Below, one piece after another: positions 48,140-60,000 of a stretch of 60,000 nucleotides of DNA; within the stretch, counting starts at the first letter, position 1; every line of letters begins with the position of its first letter. The DNA is from Botryllus schlosseri (Eukaryota), in NCBI GenBank assembly GCA_051294905.1, contig CM119371.1, positions 35,652,001 through 35,712,000 of the forward strand, given 5' to 3'. A program made the translations under genes and the position numbers. The notes beneath the pieces were generated by a model. The model did not search any database. It had not been told where the DNA came from and was given only the letters and a program-made list of their open reading frames with translations.

Positions 48140-49994
48140 GTAATGACTCTAGTTGCGATTTTTTGGTGACTCTCAGACGGCCAACACCGATATTTCGTTG
48201 TAATTTCATAGAATAGGTAAGTTACCACATTATTAGTATCTCGTCTATGAGTAGGCCTAATGGTACCTGAAAATGCGAGAAGAAACTGTTAAGAGTGAAG
48301 AAAATTATAAATATGGATGCGAAGCATTACTGAACAGTCCACATAATGACTTGGACAAGGACTCGAGTCATGACACTATGACTCGGACTCCAACCTCTGC
48401 ACGCCGATTTGGACTCGAACTTGGACTCGGTAGTGAATTGAAGATGACTCAACTTGACTCGAGTCAAGACCATAAAAGTGTGGTTGACTTGTGACTCAGA
48501 TAACTTGTTACTTGGTTTCAACCCTGGAAATCACTACTTATACTTATACCTGAGCAGAAATACTTCTACTTGAGTACTAATGATGACTACTTTGACCACT
48601 TTTGCCTAAGCTGTTAGAAATATGTTTATATTCATATGCGGATTGTAGTTCTATGGCTCCCGATTACCATGCTGTGACATCGGATGATCGCCGATATTTT
48701 GCCTGTAATTACGGTGCCGAGGTTTCACTCAAATTGTGACATCGACTCGATATTACCGGCTCTAATCTACATATATTATTGAAGAATCTCTCCTTACTCT
48801 TGTCAAAACAGTAGCCATCTTGAGTACTACAAAGAGTATCTTCATCCACAATGCTTATTGACTTTGAAGTGGTACGTTGAAACGGAATTTTAATACATTT
48901 CGTACTGGCGACACACGAACCATAACACCCTATATGGCGATGCTACTTCAAAAATTATTATTGAACTTAAAGATGTTTCGAATTACAACCACTGAAGTCA
49001 ATGGAAAATGTAGTAGTCAACTACTCGATTGAATAGGCTATTTCCAGGACCTGCTCAAGTGATCGCTATTGCATTATGTTTGTGATATCGTGTGATTTTG
49101 GGCCATGCTAACAACAATTACCGCTGAGTATTTTAAATATTCACAAACGGAAACGTGAAATATTTCAATTAAATGTTTTTAAAACGGCAAACAATTGTTC
49201 TTGAAATTGGCAAGGTGCACTTTAGTGCTGGATCTCCTTTCATGCGGCCAGCGTCATACAGTGGAGTACCACATCCTTCGCTGATCGTTGCGTTCATGGT
49301 CTGGTATATTCATGAACGTGCAACAACGCACATCATACCTTACGTGAACCGTCAACACTATTACCAACATATTTTCATGTTTAAGATGATTTGCAAACGT
49401 CGTCATATGATCGAAAATTATTCTTGCTGCCTTTGAGAATCACGCAACTGCCACAACACTCCGTGTGTATAAATTTATAACCGAAGTAGCGGCGTGTACG
49501 GTGTTTATAATAGGACTATCTTTGAAACTACGTTGATTTTCGTGGCTTTGTTCTGTCTTCGGTAGGAGTTTATTATGACATATAGGGTCATGTATTGATT
49601 TCATAATTCACGAATAATATTTACCGAATTTCGCGTTTGATCTGCTCGTTATCCGTGAACCCAAACAACCTACAGCTGTATAGAAAGAGACACGGAAAAA
49701 ATCTACGAATGGTTCCGTCATTTCCCAAACATGAATATGGTACATCAAGGTTGGTTAACAAACAAGACAGCAATTATAACGACATGCAGTTAGCATACAT
49801 TGCAAATACATGGGTGGAAATATGTGTCTAGGTGTCCACAAGATTCCCACCGTGGCATGCAAATCAGGCAGTCCCCACTTTCTATAGTACCAAATTTTAC
49901 CCGCACGCTCATTTCAATGGGTAGATACGAGTCCAACACACAAATGAATATATATCTTGAAGGGGAGAAGTGGTTTATGTATTTGGTATTACAC

Positions 49995-51033
49995 TAGGGT
50001 TGGGACTTCGGGATCAAATTTGAAATCCTGGGATCGAGATTTCCCGGGATTTTCGCTGCTCAATCCCGGGATTTCCCGGGATTAGCAAGGTATTAAAATA
50101 CACATACAATCTACACCTACCGTTATTCCTTGTAATATTGACGCAAAAAATGCTCCCGTTGATAAGAACGGAGCCCAGCGATCGAGAGCCACCCGGATAA
50201 TAGCGTTTAAATACATGTACCGCCTGTCTAGTGTTGAAGTTGATTCGTCCTACGTGACCGAAAAACGTCCATTATTTCGTTTCATTGCCATAAGCTCTTC
50301 TTCCGAACACTTGCGGATTTTTTGGCTGTGCCCGATGACCAAACCGAACCTATTTGCGGCATCTTGGCAAGTCATAGCCGTCATCCTTGAAGGCCCGACG
50401 AATTCACTCACTTTGAGCAATTTGATTAAATGTTAGCCAGTCCACACACAGCAGCTAACTGGCAAATAAATTTATCGAAGCGAGGCTTATGCGATTTATA
50501 AAAGGAATCGAACTTCCTCATCTTCATTTTTGGCCGATCTTGCTTTGACGCTTAAGATTGAGTCATGCATGATTTAATTACTATCATGCGTACGACCACC
50601 GTCCCTTTGTGCTAGACCCTGGTTTAGCCTATATTGTAATTCACAAGGTTTTCTGTTTCAAAACGTCTCGACACAAGTTGCATTTGGCTTTTTCTGTAGA
50701 TATACGAAACAAAATTTTTTGCTACACATCTGATTTTCTCTTCGCGCTGACATCTTCGAAATTCGCTGTAATCCCGGACGAAAGTGATTGTGCAGTTCAT
50801 TGTTATGCCATAGTTAGCTTTAATATCACATAATTGTGAATTATTTTCGACAATAAGCCGAGTTTGTGACACAGCTTTATTACCTTTATTATCAAAGAAC
50901 GAGATATGGCACTACGTATGCCTTGGTAGATGCTGTTTACAAATCCCGGGATTTCGTCGGGGTCAATCCCGGGATCGGGATTGCTTCAAATCTTGGGATC
51001 CCGGGATCGGGATTTCCCGGAGTCCCAACGCTA
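49995..51033. mobile_element. ATCCCGGGAT-repeat hAT-like non-autonomous element
   Basis: TIR TAGGGTTGGGACT / AGTCCCAACGCTA, perfect TSD TATTACAC. Confidence 0.9.
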
Positions 51034-53783
51034 TATTACACACGAAAACAGAGTCCACTCTACCCCTGTTATATATCTACAAAGGAACTGGTACATTTGA
51101 TTAGTTTTCAACCATTGGAATGGGCGTGAAAGCAAAATTATGGAGCCGAAAGCGCCGTACCCCGTATGCCTGATTTGCAAATTACGATATAGTAGAAATC
51201 GGTGAAACATACTAATTTTCGTTTATCGTATAGACATCGTGTCGAAGCCTTGTGAGAGCGGTAGTCCCACACAAAATACTGCGAAATCGGTCATGGTGAG
51301 TTCACCATCCTTCCTCTCTAGCATATATAGTCATAAAATTACTTTCTTGACTTTTATTTCCCGGATTAAAGTCGCTCCTACAGGTGTCCGTTACCTGCCC
51401 TTTTTGCCATCCAAGTCTTAATCAGCGATATTATCATCGTACGCTGGAATGATGCCAGACATGCGCAACAGGGAATGAGCATTTTAGGTTATCGAAGGTT
51501 ATCGGTTAGTGTTTCAGTTTAACATATAAAACAACGCTACAGATACCTGTTGTGCTTCTGTAGCCAACCATTGCGCAAAGGCCACCCATAAAGTCGTGAA
51601 AATAGCAGAAAAGATTTGGAAATAAATCATATTTGCAAAGCAGAATTGAGGCGAAGCATATCCATATATTCTATCTCGTGTATCGATTGCGATAATTTTA
51701 TTGCAAGCCGAACATCAGCAAAGGTCTACACCGGTTTTCATAAGTCGTCGGTATCGCATTAGGAAAAGAACAAAGTTATTTCAGATGGAACATAGGAATT
51801 GCGTAAGTCAGACAGGTTGTTCACATAAATCGAATCATGACCTTGTTACGGTACAGTACCGGTTTACTTAATCACGACATGAGTCACACAAATAAACTAA
51901 CACGCTATAGACACGAATCACATGCGATCATGAACATTGATGTATTTCGAACTGGTAATCGGCAGAAGTATCCGGCAAAGTGCACAGCGCGTCACAACAA
52001 TACACACTTCACCTGTTAATCCAACAACACCATCTTGGTTGGCTGACTTCTCCTTTACTCTGTTTCGAAAAAGGTTGTTTATGTTTATGCTATATATATG
52101 GTAAAAGGCGGTAATGTCCATAGCGTTGAAAAATTCTACTTTATCTATGAACAGAAAAGATGGTACGTATAAGTCTTTTAGCATTTCATGACGACATTCT
52201 TCGCCTTTGTACCGTGAGAGATATAGAATTGTGGAACTGACTAATTACGTGAACCGGCGCCCGCGGCTATGCTAAATATAACTGAATGTGAATAGAATAG
52301 TACGGTTGCTGTTTGATGTCGCTCGAGAATATTATCAGGTGGAACACCCAGTTGGCTCATATCAATTATCGTGATGCAATAAACCAAAACATAAGGTTTA
52401 TCACGATTTATCAGACCCTTTAATATATTTCTTATCAGGGTTTAGTCATGCATTCATAGTTACAAAAACCAGTGCCATTTTATACTCGGAAAAGGGAAAC
52501 CAATTTAATATACTATTCCTGTGGTATCTACCAGCATTTATTCGATTCAAAGTGATAAGATTCAATACATTCGAAATAGGGAATGGATCACGTGATTATG
52601 CTTAAAAGAACTATTATTATTTCGTTCAAATTAGTCATTGGTCTTATCTCAAAACTTAGAATTCTAATCGCAAGCAGAAGTAACTGAAGCTATTTCAGGT
52701 GTTTTATGGGAAACGAAAGGTTTGTCGTCTATTTAACAATGACTACGGTATACCTTTTAACGTTGGAATTTCTTTTACGAAAACGGAGTATAGCAAAAGG
52801 TAGGCGACCGACCGACTTTTCTGTAGCTCTGTAGTTTCGATGAAGATAATAGTAAAACATTAGTAGCCAGGTATAGGCGTAATCAACAAGTATTGAGTCG
52901 TGATATTATGATTACGGATGCAAAAATCTACTTTGGGGTCAAAATATCCAAACTTCAATGTAGAAGCATTTGAAGGAAATATTAGGTTGATCAATGGACA
53001 TCATTGAGCTGAATTTGGCATTTTTTCCAATTAACCAATGTGCCCAGTTAAGGGTCGGGTTTTCGTCGGATATTTATCTGTAATGGTGCGATATTTGACG
53101 AGACACTTGGAGGTACAAAAATTCAGTATGTAGGCTATTTGTCGAAAATATTCATATTGAAATAAACCCGGATATAGTTTTAAGGCGCTCGTCGGTGGTA
53201 ATCATCAACAACTAGTAGAGAATTGAAAATAACATTTGTCTATCAAGAATCGAGTGCAGTGTGTGATTCATAGAGCAATCGGGAATCCCTATAAGTGTTC
53301 GGATAACAGTTCGATATCTATATCGAGCACGGAAGTATTGATGGGGCTAACCATCACAATGAGTCATTGCCCCGGTTATGGCGTAATACTTTATTTTCTA
53401 ATACCCCCCCAATATTATCTAGCCTGTGGGAAAGTATGGAAGGTGATGTGGCATAAATCCTGAGGGCTTCGAGTCATCTTTCCTGCTTTTATAATTTACA
53501 TAATCTACTACATCTATTGCAAGCCACAGTGATACACATATTCAACACGCGCACCTTGCTAACTCGAACAAGCAGCATCTTTGAAAACAACTAAACGTTC
53601 CCGACGACTACTACAACAAGAGTGAGGCGGATGTGGTTTTCCGCTAGTGTTGAAACCTGGTGAAACGGTCATTGCATCAACAACAGTGCCAAAAGAACAT
53701 AACTATTAAAACATTATATTCACAAAGAAATGATTAGATTGAATATCCACTACAAATCAGCATGTGTCCTGTATCCGGTATCC

Positions 53784-53808
53784 GTGTTTGTGTGTGTGTG
53801 TGTGTGTG
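53784..53808. repeat. (TG)n microsatellite
   Basis: GTGTTTGTGTGTGTGTGTGTGTGTG. Confidence 0.85.
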
Positions 53809-54762
53809 AGTCGGCTTGTGTGTCCTGACCTCTAACGAATCCATGAAACGGATCAGCGAACATCCGGGGTTCGGGTGAACCTCAGTTAAAAACTGCTGCG
53901 CAAAAACAACATAATGACCTCAATATTACGAAGGCACATATTCTCCACACATTTCGCCGTGATCGGCAAGTGCCTCATATCAAGTAGAAAGGGCAATCCC
54001 CTCATTTTGTTAGGCATGTCTGTTGAAATATATCTATTCATATCTAGAGAGAGCGATCTGATCAAACGCTCCTTTCAAATTATCATTTCATCATCATCTC
54101 GATGGAAATTGAGCTGGTCTGGTGACTAGGGGCATGTGGTATGTATTTCCTAGCAACGCTGGATCTGGCTCATGATTCTGAATCATCAAAACCCTCATGA
54201 TTTCGGATGCATTGTTGCGTCGCTGTTGGTGTATTTTACCAATTATATTTACGGAGCCATAGTCAGGAGGATGCTGGGTATCCCCATCGTGCATTGACTC
54301 GAACTTACTTTTGTGGTATGTTTACCAAGAAGTCAATCGTGTCTTGATCCCCAATGGAATGCCGTGTATTGTGTCGTAATGTTATGAAATATGAGTTTGT
54401 TATGGTGGTAATTTCAGGTATACTTATTGCTTGTATACTTCGGCCATATTGTCGGGGGGTCAGTTGTGACATTCCGCCACTCTGCGGAATACAGTTGACG
54501 AGTGATTGCTATCGAAACGGGGAAGAGGGATGCACGCTTATTGCCTACACACCAAGAGCAACTTAGATTCCTAATGTTGTTTGTCTCAGCGTTACGCCAA
54601 ATTTACGGATAGAAGTGTATCAAATGTCCGGATTTGATGTTTACGAGATATATCTTCAATCGAATGTGATGATAATCGTGCGCAGTTGAAGCAATGACGG
54701 ACGTTTGAAAAGTGTGCAATGTTATTAGATGTATATAGTAGATATTCCCTCATGCTTTAAGA

Positions 54763-54940
54763 CAGTGCTTTTCAACCTGTGTGACGGTTCGCACTTGTGC
54801 GAATGAAAAAAAATTGCAGTGCGAATGACAAAGATGGTGCGAATAGTACGAATGAAAATCCGGATCAAGTGCAAATGACGAAGGTCGTGCGAATGGTGCG
54901 AATGAAAATCCGGATCAAGTGCGAATGAAAATCGTGATTA
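54763..54940. mobile_element. GTGCGAATG-repeat element end (hAT-like TIR), partial
   Basis: Starts CAGTGCTTTTCAACC, then tandem GTGCGAATGAAAATCCGGATCAA units. Inverted copy at about 36105-36225 ends GGTTGAAAAACATTG. Confidence 0.65.
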
Positions 54941-56542
54941 ATTGTAAACTTTTCTGACGTGGAATAATTCCAATGAACCTAATAGCACTTGCCTACGATT
55001 TGAGCTCATACCTTTCATGTTCCGTTACCCATTTCCCTCCTTTTTTAAAGCAATGCGATGATGATAAAATATCAAAATTGCCACGCCATATCGTACGAAC
55101 GCTCCGCTGATTGGTCTGTAATATTCCAGGCATTCTAATCCTCAGAAAAATCTCACAGGCACGTACGGCGATTTCCAAAATCATATTTGAGCCGCGTATT
55201 CAAGTGCTTACATTGAATGCGGTAAAATGTTGAAGGTTACTAATCACGAAATACTCGAATTCGTGGTCCCTTTGTCTTGTATTTAACGTAGAAGTGCAAC
55301 ACCGCGGAATGTTAATCGAGGGCTGGAATAGAATACTGTACAGTGTACGCGCGTTATATCTAATATCAACATATGAAGTCATGAATGTTTGCAATTGCCG
55401 CAGTCAGTTCAATACCAGGTCAATAGCTGTCTGCATTGATTGTTAAGGACAGACTATCCCACTATGTCTTTTGCGAACTTTGTCAATCTTAGATGCATTA
55501 TATTATAATTCAGTGCAAGAGACTGCGTGAACTTCAGCTTCAAATACACCTAGATATCCCAAACTATCCTGTAAGAACCGATATCACCCCGATAAATCCA
55601 TACGCAAACCAATATAACGGTTCAATTACTCGGACGGTATAGCTCGGTTGAAGGAGGATTAGTCACGCCCAATTATGTTCACGATCCGTAACGGAAGACA
55701 TCCAATTGAAGTCTCCTTGATATTTATATCGGTTCCGATGCCTGACAACTGGATTCTGATATTCTATAAATAACTTGCCCCCTAGCCGGGATATAGAAGA
55801 AGACATTGACATTGGCAATGATAATCCCAGTAGATAAACTATGGTTATATTTGTAATCTTTTCATTTTTGAATATCAGAGTTCTTCTTGAGAAGTAAGAA
55901 TTTAGATGTCAAGTGAAGGAAAAACCAGTCACATTGCAACGACGACAGATATTGAAAAAATCTAGAAACGCCACATATGGTGCATAAAGATGTGCAATGA
56001 GAATTGGCCCGTCTAAATCGAATTAGGTGATACGAAACGAATCGACAGAAATCGTCAAATCGATAGGTCACGAAACATTATATACTATATGCATTACAAT
56101 TGTTTTACTGGCGGGTTATATTTCAGCTATCGAAGAAATATTAAAAATAGGTATTCGATTCGAATCGAAGTGCATATTAGAGTCCTAACTGGATCTGGTG
56201 TTATTCGATTAAGCCCATCACAAATGTAGCCCCGAATTACCGTGATTTATGATAGTATCCTTATGAATAGTCTAGCTGTATAAAATAACCAAGTGTGCGC
56301 TTTTAAGGAATCTTATCGAGAGCAGAAGTCCTCCACCTATTTTGGTCGATAATCTAATTTTCTGAATTTTAACATTACACGAGACGCATCCCTACTGTTT
56401 TATAAACTATTATCCTACCTGTCAAGATAAATGGAGGTGCACCTTCTATCATTAGCTTGCAACTATAACACTATAATTGGGGAGACTCGTTGCAAACACA
56501 GAATACATCAATGTGAATATATTATTTAACTACCTTGTAGAG

Positions 56543-57276
56543 AAGGGGTGTCCAACCCGTGGCCCGCGGCCACATGTAGCCCGCGAGAAGGTTTTGAGTG
56601 GCCCACGAGGTAATTTTCGAAATTAGTTTTAGTATCAAAAATGAATTGTCCAGATTATAAACTTGCAAGGCTAATAAAAAAACTTTATTAGTCCGGCCAC
56701 AACACTTGGGATGTTGAAGACTAAAATATCGGTTCCGAAGCATTGGCGTAGCCAAGGGCCAGTCACATTTTGGTAGATCTTCGTACATTACAATAAAGCA
56801 GAATATTTGCGGCAGATTTTTACAAAGTTTAAATTTCTTCATGCTTCGCGCAATTTGTTGTCACTCGATTTCTTGCTTTTAATATTGTTACCACCTCCTG
56901 CAAATTAAAAAAAACGCCCAATGTACCAGATTAAAATTAGCTGTAGTCGTAATTACGAGAGGAAGTATCGTCCAGCATGCAAGCTTGCGTTTGCGCTTGC
57001 ATAAAGACCGTCGGCGATGAAACCCAGGCACAAAATGATTGACGCATGCTGGCCGAAGCGTTCGATATCAATATGTTCAGGCGTGGAGTGGTGCTGTCCT
57101 TGCAAACTGAGGCCAGCGATATACAGCAGACCCGTAATATACTTGAGTAACAATATTATTGGCCTACTATTGACCTGTTAACTTTTCAAAATGTTCGCGC
57201 TTCGCGCGACCAGTGGCCCGCGCAATGGATCGTCAATTGCGTGTGTCCCCTTGGCCAAAACGGTTGGCCACCCCTG
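56543..57276. mobile_element. hAT (Charlie-like) non-autonomous element
   Basis: TIR AAGGGGTGTCCAACC / GGTTGGCCACCCCTG, TSD TTGTAGAG / TTATAGAG. Confidence 0.85.
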
Positions 57277-57406
57277 TTATAGAGTCATAAAAGCGTCACA
57301 AACTTTACTAATAAAATATGCTCGGAACCGAGGGTTGTGACTCGCACGATACATATAATTAGGGAAACACTGGCCTATAGCGTCAGTAGGTGGGTGCTAT
57401 ATATAT

Positions 57407-58637
57407 GGAAATGCATATGGGCAGACTCGGTTGATGTTTATTTGCGTGTCGCTATTGTCAGTCACTGAATCTGCATTATCTATCATCTGCATCAGAATCA
57501 AAGGGATACTATCACGAAAAATAACAACTGAATCTAATCAGCCACCAAGTGTTGAGAACATCACTGAACCGGAATTTTCCTAGTCGGAAATAGAAATATA
57601 ATACCAATTCTTCATACCGTTATCTTGAAGATGAATGTGTGCATTCGCTTTCCATGATAAATCCCTTATACTTATACCAAGCATTATTTCATTCACAGTT
57701 GGCAATGACAGTATTAACAGACTTGGGCGAGTCGATCACGTATTCAATGAACTGTTCATACGCTTCTTTTTGCATCAAAGCGGTGTCATGAAACATACAT
57801 ATATTATATTCCTTATTCCAACGTTTTATTTCAGCTATCAAAGAAATATCAAGACATCGTTATTTGGGCGTGTACTATAAAGTCATAACTGAATCTAGTG
57901 CTATTCGATAAAGTACATCAGTAATTAGGACCAGTTTTAGCGTGACTAGAGACTGTGTTCTTAATCATAATAATAAGAGTATCTAGGGATGCACTCCGTA
58001 GGGAACTTAGTCCAGAACAATAGTTCCTAGCTTTCCGCTGCGCAACCGATTTGGCTTACTCGGCTCTACGGTACAATAAACTGCAGTACACGAAAAGATA
58101 ATATTTCAAGAAGCACACCAATTCGAATTTTACTTCCTCCGGGACACAGCAGATATTGCCTTGGCAGGCTTCAGATATAGGTCTATGATATCCATTGAGT
58201 AGCCTACATGCCATAGTATAACCGTCAATGTAGCGAGAAGTTCGCCTCCATTTCAATTAATATATGACAAAATTGGTCACGAGCTCCGGCAATAAAATGT
58301 ATGGGCCAATAGTCAGGACTCCCAAGCGCGATCCTATTCAGGTGGATGCCCATAGTTTAGGAACAAACGGTATAGTCAATTGCTCTAATGTAGGAAATGC
58401 ATATGATGTTTATTTGCGTGTCGCTATTGTCAGTTACTGAATCTGCATTATCTATTATCCGCATTAGATTCGTAGCGATACTATCACCATAAATATCACC
58501 CGAATCTAATCAGGTCCCACGTGTTGAGAACGTCACTGCCACCGGAAACGCCCCAATCACAAATAAAACACAATAACACTTCGTCGCACCGTTATCATAC
58601 TGATGAAAGGGTGCATTCACGTTTTATGATAAATTCC
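57407..58637. repeat. Local direct duplication of ~250 bp (57407-57664 and 58393-58637)
   Basis: Shared GGAAATGCATATG...TGATGTTTATTTGCGTGTCGCTATTGTCAG...GAATCTAATCAG...GTGTTGAGAAC...TGATAAAT. Confidence 0.85.
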
Positions 58638-60000
58638 AAATGAAATTTAGGTGCTGACTTGTTTCGCTTCTGACGGCAGCACCGTCAATCATACTATCAA
58701 ATTTCAGGGATGTCTGCAACAAACACAATCGGTTTACGTTCAACCAACATTGTTTGCCGTATCTGGAATGTCGCAGTTATTTATATTTGTGTTATATAAT
58801 TTTTTCCTGCTATATACGTTGGATCAGATTATGTAGAACCGATTACCGACTTTTCTTCATACCCCGGTATTACAAAGGGGTCTGTATAGTCTCTCCTTAC
58901 CAATAGCTCAGTGCGACATCCATACCTACAGCAACAATTTGTTATCTCGTCGATGAGAATCCTATCCTGATGCACGTTCGGATAACAGGATTCCGGGAAG
59001 TATTATAAAGAGCGAAGCTAGAGTTTACCGACATACTAGGCGATAGTACTGAAGTAGAAGTGGAAGTAAGGGCTTAAATTTCTACTCAAGCATAGTAGAA
59101 GTATCGATTTCTAAAACCTGTCAAAAGTACTTCAGGTTGAGTAGAAAATGATGGTCTCGAAAAAGTACTCCAGTAAGAAAGTTTCGAAAAGTATATTTGG
59201 TCCGCAGGTTGCATACTTTCAGCACTGCGGCTGAATACTTTCAAATTTGCAAGACGTATCTTTGCCAGTAACGCAAAAAGAATAATGGCACTACAATTGC
59301 TGAAAATATTCTTAGTTTTACAAGGTTTATGTCACGCGGTTCATGTGGTCATTTCATTCCCAACAGTTATGCAACCTTGTGCCGAAGTTACTTGGAAAAT
59401 AAGAAGTGTGAAACATATGTAATTTTGCGAACTAAGCTCTTGAGCAAAAGTGTAAGTAGCTACAAGCATACCCACTTGAGAGTAAATAGTTCTAATGAGC
59501 CAAATATACAATAGTGATCCTGGAAAGTTGATGAGACTCGCTCCTGAACACCTCAGAGTGCAAAATCACCTTCAACCGTTTAGAAATGAGTATTTGTACA
59601 ATTTTGTCCAATGCGCAGGCGAAATGTTGAAATATTACGTAGGCCTATTTGACTTGTTTGACTTGTTCGGCGTAACGTGTTCGCACAGTGTGGACTTTCT
59701 ACCTTCGTGGATACATGTTAAAATTTTGTGACATTTCTGTGTATTTGGTAATGTAATAGTAATGTTTCGCTTCTCCTCGTGCTCCCATCCACGCCAGCTG
59801 TGTCATAAAAATCCGATGAGATGCTTGGAATCGGCAGACACGGAATAAAAAGGAAGATTATCGGTCTGGTGTAAATGACCATTGTAGTTGAAAACACTCT
59901 GTATACCACAAAGAACAAACAACAACAATGTTTCGCTTATAAGTTGTCCGATTCACGCTCGATTTGATTCGAGTTCGTATAAAATCCGTTACGCAATCGT

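Larger units (their letters stand above)
46634..48526. mobile_element. GACTC-family MITE carrying two further nested MITEs
   Basis: Ends CAGGATTGTA / TTCAACCCTG, TSD GAAATCGC / GAAATCAC. Confidence 0.8.

Overview
AT-rich, intron-containing animal genomic DNA, probably an invertebrate deuterostome. The lectin style suggests an ascidian, but that is inference. The ORF track is almost entirely spurious because the real genes are spliced. Assembling GT-AG exons by hand gives two tandem paralogous six-exon genes on the + strand (9313-14694, 227 aa; 17694-28633, 224 aa) with identical intron phases (1,0,1,0,2). Each encodes a signal peptide, a short spacer, a strongly cationic/amphipathic region resembling antimicrobial peptides (Trp/Arg/Pro-rich in copy 1), and an atypical C-terminal C-type lectin-like domain lacking EPN/QPD and WND motifs. 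The rest of the window is dominated by non-autonomous DNA transposons: many hAT-type MITEs with 8-bp TSDs (nested up to four deep), a 9-bp-TSD Mutator-like MITE and a decayed Chapaev3-like element. There are also tRNA-derived SINE relics and microsatellites. I found no convincing exons in 29-60 kb.
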